A stretch of 64,000 nucleotides of DNA from Macrostomum lignano. Lineage: Eukaryota. The notes beneath the pieces were generated by a model, which was given only the letters and a program-made list of their open reading frames with translations, had not been told where the DNA came from and did no database searches. Made by a program: the position numbers and the translations under genes. Location of the stretch: the NCBI GenBank assembly GCA_002269645.1, contig NIVC01001748.1:62001-126000 (forward strand), written 5' to 3'. This document shows, piece by piece, positions 29,274 through 42,945 of this stretch; positions within the stretch are counted from its first letter, which is position 1; the number at the start of each line of letters is the position of its first letter.

Positions 29274-29912
29274 CTTGATAGATTTAAGCTGTGGCGAGAG
29301 CAAATTCATGCGAATGTCTATCTTATATACTAGAAAGAAAAAAAGGGATCGGGTATTTCTGCCGAATTTTAGTCAACGGGCCGCCCTTGAAACTTGAGCC
29401 ACCGTAGACAGTGGAGAGCTCGTGTAGGGCCTTTCGTGGGGGCCCTCTGTCTGCGTATGACTTTGTTCTTTGATCGCCCGGGCAGAGGGGCCGCTCCTCC
29501 TTCTCCATCTGATGTTTTCAAGGCCGCCTGCTTCTCTAGTTTTTCATTCCGTTTGTCGGCGAATAAAATTTGGCAGTCGTGACCGAAATGGGGGATAATT
29601 TAGTTTGGCGAGCTTTATAGAAATCCCATATGGGAATGGGACAGCTTTGTCTGAGGCTCAGCCTTCCTAGCCTGTAATCTGTGGCGCTGCCAGCCGCGCT
29701 CTCCTCTGCCTACGGACTCGAAGGTTTTAACGGAGGCAAGTCTTTGCCCCACACCTGAGCTTTGTTGCAATGAGGGATTAGTTAATAAGCAGACTGTCGT
29801 TGTAGCCTTCGTGCAGTTGTTAACACGCTGTATAATAGAAATGTAATGACTTGGTTGGTTATATAGTAGGACTGTTATATCTAATTTTACCTGGCTATAC
29901 AAGTAGTAATAC

Positions 29913-30065
<153 letters not shown>

Positions 30066-30792
30066 CACAGTCCGACAGTCAACGTTTAAACAATCGAAAA
30101 TTCTTTTTTATATACACGCCCGTAGATTCCTATCAAAAGGTTTTTTACAATGATGAAGTGCATGATGAAGGAGTGGGGAAGCCACAGCCTTCCCCTCACT
30201 GTCCTCAAATCGCTGAACTTCAGTGCGGACTGCGGCAGTAGCAGCAGTTTGCAAGCAATGCTGGTTGCTGGCTGCACATGAGGAGAGAGGAGGCCGATAG
30301 CATGGAGGCTGTGTGGCTCCCCCTGGCATTTTCATGGTGCACCCAGCCAACCAACTGCAGTCGCGTATTCAGCCAGTGTGGAAGTTTGACAACCCGCTGA
30401 CAACCGCTGCGGCAGGATATTATTTCTGGGATGGCGGAATCGTTGAAAGGATCGCATAGTGTAGGGGGGTTGGACTTTGACGTCAGTTTAATTGGTATTA
30501 GGCCCCGTTATGGGTGGTAGGTAGAGTTCAGCTCTGGCCAGCCGATGGAAGTTGTGTCGGAAGTCCCCACAGCAACAGAATTAGTGTGGAATGGGGAGGG
30601 CTTGGTGCCAGCCGCAGTGTTGCCTTGTCCCGATTCTCAAGTGCGGAGAATGATGCATGATTTTAGATGGGGATTGTCGCGATTCCAGTCCCATAGGTGC
30701 CTGCCAGACACACAGGCCTCAGTAAGCATTTCCTTTGACAATAAACATCGTTTTTTTGAGTCTGCTTTCTATTATTAAAAAACTTGGGGTAA

Positions 30793-31222
30793 GATCAATT
30801 ATGGGATTGGGGGTCAATTACGAGATTTATGGTCAATTATGGGATTTATGACCAATTATAGGATTTTATGATCAATTATTGGATTTGAGATCAATTATGG
30901 GATTTGGGATAAATTATGAGATTTGGGATCAGTTATGGTATTCGGTATCAATTATGGGATTGGTATCAATTATAGGATTGGGATCAATTATAGGATTGGG
31001 ATCAATTATAGGATTGGGATAAATTATGAGATTTGGGATCAGTTATGGGATTTGGGATCAATTATGGGATTTGGGATCAATTATGAGATTGGGATCAATT
31101 ATGGGATTTGGGATCAATTGTGGAATTTGGTATCGATTATGGGATTTGGGATAAATTATGGGATTGGGGATAAAAAGTGGGATTTGGGATCAATTATGGG
31201 ATTTGAGATCAATTATGGGATT
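30793..31222. repeat. 18-19-bp minisatellite (TTGGGATCAATTATGGGA[T])n
   Basis: Direct reading. Confidence 0.88.
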
Positions 31223-32108
31223 GAGCAATGGACAAGGATTGTTATCGGGAATTAGGTTTTAGAAACTTTCACTAAAATGCATCAAATTTCGGGATCAAAG
31301 TCGCGGCTCGGGAATAAAGGACCGACCAGCTGTTCAGTTTGCCGAGAGCTGGACTAAAATTCATGCAAAGAAAAGTAAAACAAGAACGTGCTCAAGTGCC
31401 CTCCCTCATTGGCCAAAATTCAATTCATTAATTTCTGAGAAGCCGAACTGGGAGGAGCTGAGAGCCTGAGCAACAGGGGCTGCTCAATCTTGAAGAAATT
31501 CTTAAAGCAGACAGGCTGGCAGAATCTCAAGGCTGCTCAGACTGAGACGACAGAGGGAGGAACAGAAGTGGTTGGGGCTGGCTATCCGTAAAACTAGCTC
31601 AATGATGGATCCGAATAACCGCTTTGGGTAGTTGGTTGCTATGCCAAAGTTCCTTTCGAGGGGGGGGATTTTTGACAGGCATCCATGAGACCTGGCCTAA
31701 ATTGGTTGGGGAGAAAAGTGACCGAGCTTTAAGCAGGGTTGAGGGGTGAGGGATTAACGAGGCTGTAGAAATACGAGAGTAGGCAAAACTCGGCTCAGGT
31801 TGCTGAGCCGCCACCGAGAGCATAGCAACTCGAAAAAGAGAGAGGAGGCTGGCTTGGCCAACTTTGAGTGGCTTCTTTTTGAGACAAGCCGCTTGTTTGC
31901 CCAGCTCTCGTTATGGTTGCCTTGGTCTCCAAGATTGGTCTCTCAGTCGTGACCTGATCATATCAGTGGAGTCAAGTCCTGACCGACCGACCGACCGACC
32001 GACTCATCTTTTTGCCGCAACTGCAGATTTATTAATCTGTTAATGACTTTTGTTTGGTTGATAGGGTTGATATATTGATAGAATAGTTTATTCATGCATT
32101 GATAGGTT

Positions 32109-32175
32109 GGGCCGTAGCCCAGTGGTCTGACGCGGCCCTCTGATGTCCCAGCAGCCCAGGCTCGATTCCAAATGC
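32109..32175 (+). mobile_element. tRNA-like Pol III head (probable second SINE family or tRNA pseudogene)
   Basis: GGGCCGTAGCCCAGTGGT (A box) ... GGCTCGATTCC (B box, one mismatch) at tRNA-like spacing. No intact cloverleaf. Confidence 0.5.
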
Positions 32176-33201
32176 AGTATCATTTACTTGGAGCTAAATT
32201 GGAATCTCGGCTTGGCTCTGCTCGTGCAATTAACGGCCTTGAGAGCCACCCCCCAAGGCACAGTGAAGTGTACATGCCTAACGATAAATAAAGTGAGGGC
32301 CGCTGTACACTCCTGTGTGAGTGTGTGCCTGTGCGTATGACTGCGTACGTATCCGCGCGCTTGTGTGCCTGCTCAGGGGAGTCGGCGGAATGGGCAGTAA
32401 TGCCTCTCTCCGGTTGTGCGACAATTTCGCTTAAAGGGCGCCCTGATTTAACTAACACGAACTTGATAAATTGATAGATTCACAGATCAACTAATGGATT
32501 TCCATATTTGTAATGGATACCATTGCTGGCGCACTGCATGTACCTGGTACAAATAGGATACTCGAGTGTCGCTACTTATCTTCATTAGAGGAACCCACAA
32601 ACTTCCATGTCTTTGTGACGTCATAGGAGCGTAATGACGTCATACACAGGGCTATTTGCTAGAGGAGGTCGCCTGACTGACCCAGCAGGCCTGAAAATTG
32701 AGCAGAATTGAGTCGACTAAAAAATAATTTAGCTTTCCAAAACTTTTTTCATACCGGATATCAATTCAGATAGTCCTTGTTAATACTAACTGCCTTCTCA
32801 AACATGTCGATTCACCTTTGCAATCAGCCGACCCCAACTCTCAGACATGCCGTACTGATGAGGCAGGTCATTGCGGATGAGGCGAAAAGACTTCGATACA
32901 CAAAGGGAGGCCTGACATTCCGGCCAAGCAAACTCAAAGACGACTCTTCTTGCAAGTCGCTTCTTTCATTTTTGAGCCTCTGTTTGGGCTCTGAAAGATT
33001 AATAAATAACGAGCTAGCCAGAATTGGATTCCTTCAGCCCTTTGAAGCTGCGATAGTCTTTCATCTTTGTCACCGGAAATTGTGACTCCCTTCTGGCTCC
33101 TCCTCTGCCTCCTATTATTCAGAATCCTTTGCTGTTTTTAGAACAACTGTCGCAAACAGATGCTCATAGCTAGTTAGTTTATGGAGCTTAGACAGACACA
33201 C

Positions 33202-35446
<2,245 letters not shown>

Positions 35447-35949
35447 CTGCTTAAGCTTCAAGTATTCGCTCGTTTTTCAGTCAATGAACTTGGGGATAAT
35501 TCTCCCTTATATATTCATCTTCCGTATATGCTAAGCTGGCATTCGGTTTCCTTGGTAGAGGGAAGTGAGCAATCAATCAGCACCGCGGAGACCACCGGGA
35601 ATAATCCACTTCTTCATCTCTCTCTCATTGCGTGATTTCGCTGCCGGGTTCCACGTTCCCCATATAGGTTAAAACACCACGAGCCGCGAGGTCCCCAGTT
35701 CGCGCTCTCTCTCCTGCTCCGTTCTCTCTACTCAATTTCCATTTTCGTTTTTTCCCGATAAGAATCGACACGATCGCCGCAAATGAAGCAGTTTCTAGAG
35801 AACAGTTTCTGATGACGCAACCCGTTGCTTTGGCCTGAGGGAGGGTGGCTTGACGCTTGTTCTCTATCAGAGATGCAGAGGAGAAAGTCTCAACAGCCGA
35901 TATGTATCGTAGGCAATATTATCAAGCATAGTTTTATGCTTTAGACTCT

Positions 35950-36263
35950 GCAGGGAGTTGAAGCCTAGTGGTCAGAGCGTCGGACTCACGGCTGAAAAGT
36001 CGGGGGTTCGATTCCCGACCCACTCGGAACAATTTGTGTCCCTTAGCAAGACGCCTAACTCTGCATTGCTTCAGTTCACCCAGCTGTAAAATGGGTGCCA
36101 GCATTAGCTGGGGTAGTTGAGGCTGTGTGTGTGGCGACCCCCCAGTCCTTGGACTGAACAGCCGTACGCAGCCTTCAGATGCGACGCGCAATAGCTGCGG
36201 TTGAGCTGTCGGTTGCCCATCTGGCCCAATTAGGGCAGGTGGTATCAATTAGTGTTATTAATA
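35950..36263 (+). mobile_element. tRNA-derived SINE with CORE-like central domain, copy 1
   Basis: A-box-like AGCCTAGTGG and B-box GGTTCGATTCC (36005-36015). Body TGTGTCCCTTAGCAAGACGCCTAAC...TCAGTTCACCCAGCTGTAAAATGGG resembles the CORE domain. Second copy at 45485-45737. Confidence 0.85.
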
Positions 36264-37011
36264 CGCGGATCCGCGTGACAACAGCCCTCGGAGTCGAACC
36301 CCGGACCTCTGGGCGCAATAATCAGACCCTTAGCGGACACAGTTCTTCGTTTAGCATAATTTCAAAGAATTCAAACAAAATCATCCGCCAAGTCAGATAA
36401 CACAGTCGAGTCCTGTAATTAATTCCATCCGTCTGCTTATCACAGCAAAACGGCCAGTCGGTCGCTGTGGAAAGAAACACAGCGTCCGAGTTACGACGCT
36501 TTTGCAATTTACGTTGCGAGCAGAAAAAATGCGCACCGACTCCATGGCGGGGAGATAAGGACGACGTAGACACCCGTCCCCGAGCCATAAATTCTTATCA
36601 GGGAAATTTCCCAGAAATTGGGAGGAGAAGGAGGAGGAGGGGGCGTAATCTCGAGTCTTTTTTGAGCAGCAGCTCAATTGGAGCTTGGGGAATGCCAAGC
36701 CAAGCTTTAGAGGAAGATTGGCCTCTGATGACCCATGGCTGGGTCCCAGATCATTCTCGGCTGTTTGCTCAGCCTGAGCCGCTACAACTCGTTTTTGGGA
36801 GGCTGCCTTGGCGTCGTATTAAAACCATTTAGCCAGCTAATTTATTCCGTTGTCGGCTGACGGGCCCCATTGGGAGTGGGTTGGAGGAGCGGCGGTTTAA
36901 CCGAGTTCGAGAATCGCGATATTCAGAGAGCGAATATCGCGATTTTAAAGCGAAAAAATCTGCATTTATTTAAAGCAATTATTGTCAAACTGCTCTAAAT
37001 GCCTTTGGCTC

Positions 37012-37190
37012 TGTCCCCTCTGTCCCCTCTGTCCCCTGTCCCCTTCTAGTGACCCCCTGTCCCCTTCTAGTGACCCCCTGTCCCCTTCTAGTGACCCCCT
37101 GTCCCCTTCTAGTGACCCCCTGTCCCCTTCTAGTGACCCCCTGTCCCCTTCTAGTGACCCCCTGTCCCCTTCTAGTGACCGCCTGTCCTC
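37012..37190. repeat. 21-bp minisatellite (CTGTCCCCTTCTAGTGACCCC)n
   Basis: Direct reading, about 7-8 copies. Confidence 0.9.
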
Positions 37191-37492
37191 TTCTAACCCC
37201 CGCAACCTGTGTCACCTGACCATGCATTTCACACTTTATTAGTAAATTACCATGACGGGTTCCCACGAATATTTTGCTCGCAAAGTGACAAGTGCTGCTT
37301 TGACAGATTTTTCCTATAGGCAATCATATTTGATTGACAGATTCAAAAATCTAAAAAATCGTTTTTTTTATGACGCACTATACGAGTATAGAGAGTCTCC
37401 ATGAGTTAATCCTTCAGATAAGTTCGTGTCAGACTGATTTTTTTACGAGTAGGTATGCCTAAGCCATGAGATCTAGCACCTACATGTACCTC

Positions 37493-38966
37493 AAATCTGA
37501 GAACTGAGCATTCTCCTCAAATCTGAGAACTGAGCATTCTCCTCAAATCTGAGACTGAGCACTCTCCTCAAATCTGAGACTGAGCACTCTCCTCAAATCT
37601 GAGACTGAGCACTCTCCTCAAATCTGAGACTGAGCAGTCTCCTCAAATCTAAGACTGAGCACTCTCATCAAATCTGAGACTGAGCACTCTCCTCAAATCT
37701 GAGACTGAGCACTCTCCTCAAATCTGAGACTGAGCACTCTCCTCAAATCTAAGACTGAGCACTCTCCTCAAATCTGAGACTGAGCACTCTCCTCAAAGCT
37801 GAGACTGAGCACTCTCCTCAAATCTGAGACTGAGCACTCTCCTCAAATCTGAGACTGAGCACTCTCCTCAAATCTGAGACTGAGCACTCTCCTCAAATCT
37901 GAGACTGAGCACTCTCCTCAAATCTGAGACTGAGCACTCTCCTCAAAGCTGAGACTGAGCACTCTCCTCAAATCTGAGACTGAGCAGTCTCCTCAAATCT
38001 GAGACTGAGCACTCTCCTCAAAGCTGAGACTGAGCAGTCTCCTCAAATCTGAGACTGAGCACTCTCCTCAAATCTGAGACTGAGCACTCTCCTCAAATCT
38101 AAGACTGAGCACTCTCCTCAAATCTGAGACTGAGCACTCTCCTCAAATCTGAGACTGAGCACTCTCCTCAAATCTGAGACTGAGCAGTCTCCTCAAATCT
38201 GAGACTGAGCACTCTCCTCAAATCTGAGACTGAGCACTCTCCTCAAATCTGAGACTGAGCACTCTCCTCAAATCTGAGACTGAGCACTCTCCTCAAATCT
38301 GAGACTGAGCACTCTCCTCAAATCTAAGACTGAGCACTCTCCTCAAATCTGAGACTGAGCACTCTCCTCAAATCTGAGACTGAGCACTCTCCTCAAATCT
38401 GAGACTGAGCACTCTCCTCAAATCTAAGACTGAGCACTCTCCTCAAATCTGAGACTGAGCACTCTCCTCAAATCTGAGACTGAGCACTCTCCTCAAATCT
38501 GAGACTGAGCACTCTCCTCAAATCTGAGACTGAGCACTCTCCTCAAATCTGAGACTGAGCACTCTCTTCAAATCTGAGACTGAGCACTCTCCTCAAATCT
38601 AAGACTGAGCAGTCTCCTCAAATCTGAGACTGAGCACTCTCCTCAAATCTGAGACTGAGCAGTCTCCTCAAATCTGAGACTGAGCACTCTCCTCAAATCT
38701 GAGACTGAGAACTCTCCTCAAATCTGAGACTGAGCAGTCTCCTCAAATCTGAGACTGAGCACTCTCCTCAAATCTGAGACTGAGCACTCTCCTCAAATCT
38801 GAGACTGAGCACTCTCCTCAAATCTGAGACTGAGCACTCTCTTCAAATCTGAGACTGAGCACTCTCCTCAAATCTGAGACTGAGCAACTCTCTTCAAATC
38901 TGAGACTGAGCACTCTCTTCAAATCTGAGACTGAGCAACTCTCTTCAAATCTGAGACTGAGCACTG
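37493..38966. repeat. 25-bp minisatellite (CTGAGACTGAGCACTCTCCTCAAAT)n, about 58 copies
   Basis: Direct reading; highly homogeneous. Confidence 0.95.
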
Positions 38967-39193
38967 CTCATATTGCAAAGTATCCTAGACAGAAGAAAAA
39001 ATACAGTCAGAGTCGATGGGGAATAAAAAATTAGCAAAAATAGCAATCTCGTACAACTTTTTCTAAAGCTTCTTGAATTCCCAAAATCCTAGTCAAACGA
39101 CACCCAGCTTTAGCAGCAGTAAAAATAGCAAGGATTTTTAATACTGACATGCAAAATTTTGCTTGTACATGTACAGAACAGTAACTTCGGATG

Positions 39194-39429
39194 CAGAGGT
39201 TAGCAAACTTTTTTTACCTCAAGGGCCAAGGTAAAGAATTCCTAGCTCACTGTTGGGGTTAAAACGAGAGAGGAGAAGAGATCGAGGGAATAGAGAAGAG
39301 AAAGGAGAGGAGAGAGGAGAGAAGAGATTAACCTTGAGCGGACCGCATTGCTATTGTGAACTTGTGAAGTTTCCAAAGACCCGAGGGCCATATAATACGA
39401 GGGTTTCGCGGGCCGTTTGCTGACCCCAG
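39194..39429. mobile_element. Non-autonomous hAT/Charlie-type MITE (MER58-like architecture)
   Basis: Left end CAGAGGTTAGCAAAC-TTTTTTT..AAGGGCCA; right end GAGGGCCATATAA..CGCGGGCC-GTTTGCTGACCCCAG. TIRs match 12/15. 8-bp TSD not preserved. Confidence 0.65.
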
Positions 39430-40407
39430 AGCTACCAGGTCCCCCGTTATTTCAAAATGAGTCAGAGGCTCTCAGCTTCTCAAAATTAGGAACCAGCTAT
39501 ATACCGGTAGAATAGCTAAAGGCATTGCTTTACATAGGAGACCGGCCCACTCCATCCAGATCGTTATCGGCTGCTCTGATCTTTTGAGTAAAAATGAGTA
39601 GTCCCCCGACTCTTCTGTGAGTTGGTGGGCGTTGCGGGTATATCAATTTGAGGAAACAAAGAACACACTCAGATCATATCCGGAGACTGTTACATGCTTC
39701 TCAAAAAAGACCCTATAGTATTTTTATTTTTATTAGAAAGATCAGGCAGAGCTCTCATCGCATGGCGCAAGGCTGAGTCGGTGATGTAATCCTTAGTTCT
39801 CAAATTCTTGTCATGAATGATTCATTAAAAGCAGACTCTAGCCAGCAAGATGGTGCTAACCTTTGGATGCTGCATCCGGTCTCTATGGGCTTTGGACTGA
39901 ACTTTGAGCTCTGTTTAATCATCGAAAAAAACTATAGCTAGTTCTGGATTCTGAACTAACAACAGAGCTCCTCTTAATAGCATTTCCGGACAGTGGCCAG
40001 CTATCAAACGGGACGAGTTAAACTCGGCCAATCCTGCAATTAAGCAGTCAACTAACTGCCACAGAAACTCAAGCTCCGCCTCCGCAGACCGACTCAAAAT
40101 AACGGTTGTTTTGTTGAGTTGTTTGCTCAGCTAATTGGCTTTCCATCTCTCTCTCTCTCTCTCTGTTTTACAAGGGCAATTAAAATTAGTCGATCTTGCC
40201 GCTGAATTTTAAATTTAAGGCACTGTGGAATCCAGTGTACATCTGTCACGAATGTACATTGGTTATTGTAGTTAGACAGGCGCGCGGAGCCTGAAAACTT
40301 TCTTTTCAGAGCTGACTTTTTCTTATTTAAATCTAAGTTGCGCTGTTACCCATCGGTTGAATGTACATTAGCTCAATGTACGGTTAGCCCTTTTCAATCC
40401 AGATCAG

Positions 40408-40929
40408 GGGGTGTTTCTCGAAACTCACGTAAGTTCTATGGTAAGTTAGATCGTAAGAAAGAAATTTACGTGTAGCGTAAGTTTGCTCGTAGGACGCTTT
40501 CTCAAAACTCACTTAGACTTTGCGTGGCTTACGCTATTCGTAAGTCGTATCTGAAGCGAAAAGTTGCATATATGGTCATAAATCTGCAAATATCTTTACT
40601 TAGTCTATCGTAAGTTGCTTTCGAGAAAGACCCACCTTCGATAAAGTTTAACTTGACTTGGCTTGACTAAAACTTCACGTACTATGCGATTAGTGCTTAA
40701 GTGCGTCTTACGACTGATACCGAGCAGTCGTAGGGTTAAGATCAACCTTACGAAAGACCATAGACACACGAACGTTTCGAGAAACAGTCTTTTGCGCAAA
40801 GTTACGAACTCGTAAAGTTGCGATCAATCTTACGCATAGCTAACTTGCGAGCCCTTCAAGCAACCCGTAAGTGTAGCTTACCCAACTTACGTCTATGGTC
40901 GATCGTAAGTTGCTTTCGAGAAAGACCCC
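40408..40929. mobile_element. PIF/Harbinger-like MITE (522 bp)
   Basis: TIRs GGGGTGTTTCTCGAAA / TTTCGAGAAAGACCCC (15/16). Flanks CAG and CCG resemble a 3-bp CWG-type TSD with one mismatch. Many internal CGTAAG/CTTACG motifs. Confidence 0.7.
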
Positions 40930-41339
40930 CCGGGCGCTTCATTTCTCCGTTCCTTGTAGCTAATGATTCTCTCCCATGATTTATTACTTAATACTCGTAC
41001 AATACGGAAGTTTATTACGATAAAAATAATAGAATCTTTCTAGGACCCTTCGTCGAGATTTTTAAAAATAATTTTTTACATTTAAAACAAATAACTTTAA
41101 GACATGACTTAAACGAAGGCTTTGATCCCAGAGCTCACAGGGGGATCTTAGGCTTTACATAGCTGGATTCCAGGTCTGATGCTTTTTTGCTTTAAAGAGC
41201 AAGATGCTAACAATTGCGTCTGTACAGGTGAACAGGTACATGTGCATGTGTGCATGTAGGTAGTGGGTGTAAGGACAATGAGGGCGTGTTAACAATCTAA
41301 ATTATTAATAACTTCACTGGTTTTAAACCAATTAAAACC

Positions 41340-41357
41340 TTCGATAATTAATTTCAG
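41340..41357 (+). other. Putative 3' splice (or trans-splice) acceptor 29 nt upstream of the ATG
   Basis: AT-rich ...ATAATTAATTTCAG|ATT, with AG at 41356-41357. Confidence 0.55.
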
Positions 41358-41386
41358 ATTGTTCAACCCGTCGCATTGACATCCGC

Positions 41387-42244
41387 ATGACAACGCCCAG
41401 GATGCAGAGCTGCTCCATATTCGCATTTCTGTGCCTCTCTGCCGTCGCTGTCAACTTCGCCGCCAGCATGCACATCTTCGAATCGACCCTGCAGGTGAAC
41501 GAAGAGGAACCAATTCGAACTTTGGCTAATGTTGCCACAGCCGGCAACCTGCGAGCGATACTCGGCGACATCCCCGGCCTCTCCTACAACTTTATGATGG
41601 GAACAGATCCTTACCTAGAAGTAGACGCCAGCACTGGCGACATCAGGCCGAAAGCCAAGCTCGACATTGAGGCCATGTGCCGATCTCCACTGAATGAGGG
41701 GACAACCTGCCGGGACGACAAGCTGATGCACAAGTTCACCATCATCGTGCGCTCGCGCGGCAACCAAGTAGCTCGAGGCACTTTCACTCTCACTGTCTTG
41801 GATGTGAACGACAATGCCCCGGTATTTGCGCAAACTCTTCACGAAGAGAGACGAGATGAGAGCGTCTGCGTCGTTGTGCCAATCGCCTGCCCCAACCGTA
41901 AGATCTCTCTGTCAGTAGCCAAAGACAACGACCTGTCGTCAAAGTACAACACCATCAGCTATTCAATGGACCCGATAAACATGTCTCTGAACACTTCCGT
42001 GGACTTTCGACTAATTAGTCCGCAGGTTGGAGCTCCCCACCTGGAGATTGTGTCCGGTGTTGACGCCGAAAGAATCGAACAATACGAATTCACCCTGGTT
42101 GCTAGGGACTTGGGCGGTAAAGAGGGTCGCACCAAAATTCGCATCATAATCAACGATGTGAATGACAACAGTCCGATGTTCACGAAGAAGACCTACGAAG
42201 TCGAGGTGCCCGAGAACACGCTGATAGGTGCAACAATTTTCAAT
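41387..42244 (+). CDS. Protocadherin-like cadherin, coding exon 1 (signal peptide, EC1, EC2, start of EC3)
   Basis: ATG 41387; hydrophobic signal (IFAFLCLSAVAVNFAAS); cadherin motifs LDIE..C..C, DVNDNAPVF, AKDND, DAE, DVNDNSPMF, VPEN; no Trp2. Ends ...GATIFN at a phase-0 donor AAT|GTGAGT (GT at 42245). Confidence 0.95.
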
Positions 42245-42344
42245 GTGAGTAGAAATTAGCACTTAAACAATTTTTTGACAATTTTGAAGTATTCTAAATG
42301 TGGACTGTCGCTCACGCTTCTGTCTAACTTGATTCCGCAAGCTT

Positions 42345-42945
42345 GCCTCCCAGATCCTCAGTTGCTGGGCCAGCCTCCCAGAGTGTCAGTTGGTGGGCCA
42401 GCCTCCCAGATCCGCAGTTGCTGGGCCAGCCTCCCAGATCCTCAGTTGCTGGGCCAGCCTCCCAGAGTGACAGTTGCAGGGCCAGCCTCCCAGATCCTAA
42501 GTTACTGGGCTAGCCTCTCAGATCCTCAGTTGCTGGGCCAGCCTCCCAGAGTGTCAGTTGGTGGGCCAGCCTCCCAGATCCGCAGTTGCTGGGCCAGCCT
42601 CCCAGATCCGCAGTTGCTGGGCCAGCCTCCCAGAGTGTCAGTTGGTGGGCCAGCCTCCCAGATCCTCAGTTGCTGGGCCAGCCTCCCAGATCCTCAGTTG
42701 CTGGGCCAGCCTCCCAGAGTGTCAGTTGCTGGGCCAGCCTCCCAGATCCGCAGTTGCTGGGCCAGCCTCCCAGAGTGTCAGTTGGTGGGCCAGCCTCCCA
42801 GATCCTCAGTTGCTGGGCCAGCCTCCCAGATCCTCAGTTGCTGGGCCAGCCTCCCAGAGTGTCAGTTACTGGGCCAGCCTCCCAGATCCTCAGTTTCTGG
42901 GCCGGCCTCCCAGAGTATCAGTTGCTGTGTCAGTCTCCCAGATCC
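42345..42945. repeat. 28-bp minisatellite (CTGGGCCAGCCTCCCAGATCCTCAGTTG and ..GAGTGTCAGTTG variants), intron 1
   Basis: Direct reading, about 21 copies, starting about 100 bp after the exon 1 donor. Confidence 0.92.

Noticed and set aside
32855-32890. Hammerhead ribozyme core CTGATGA...GAAA (also CTGATGA repeats at 23704-23759 and 35809)
   Set aside because: Stem II cannot pair (GGC...GGC) at 32855; the other sites lack a correctly placed GAAA and stems I/III.
35950-36030. Functional tRNA gene
   Set aside because: Acceptor and anticodon stems do not pair properly, and it is fused to a repeated SINE body.
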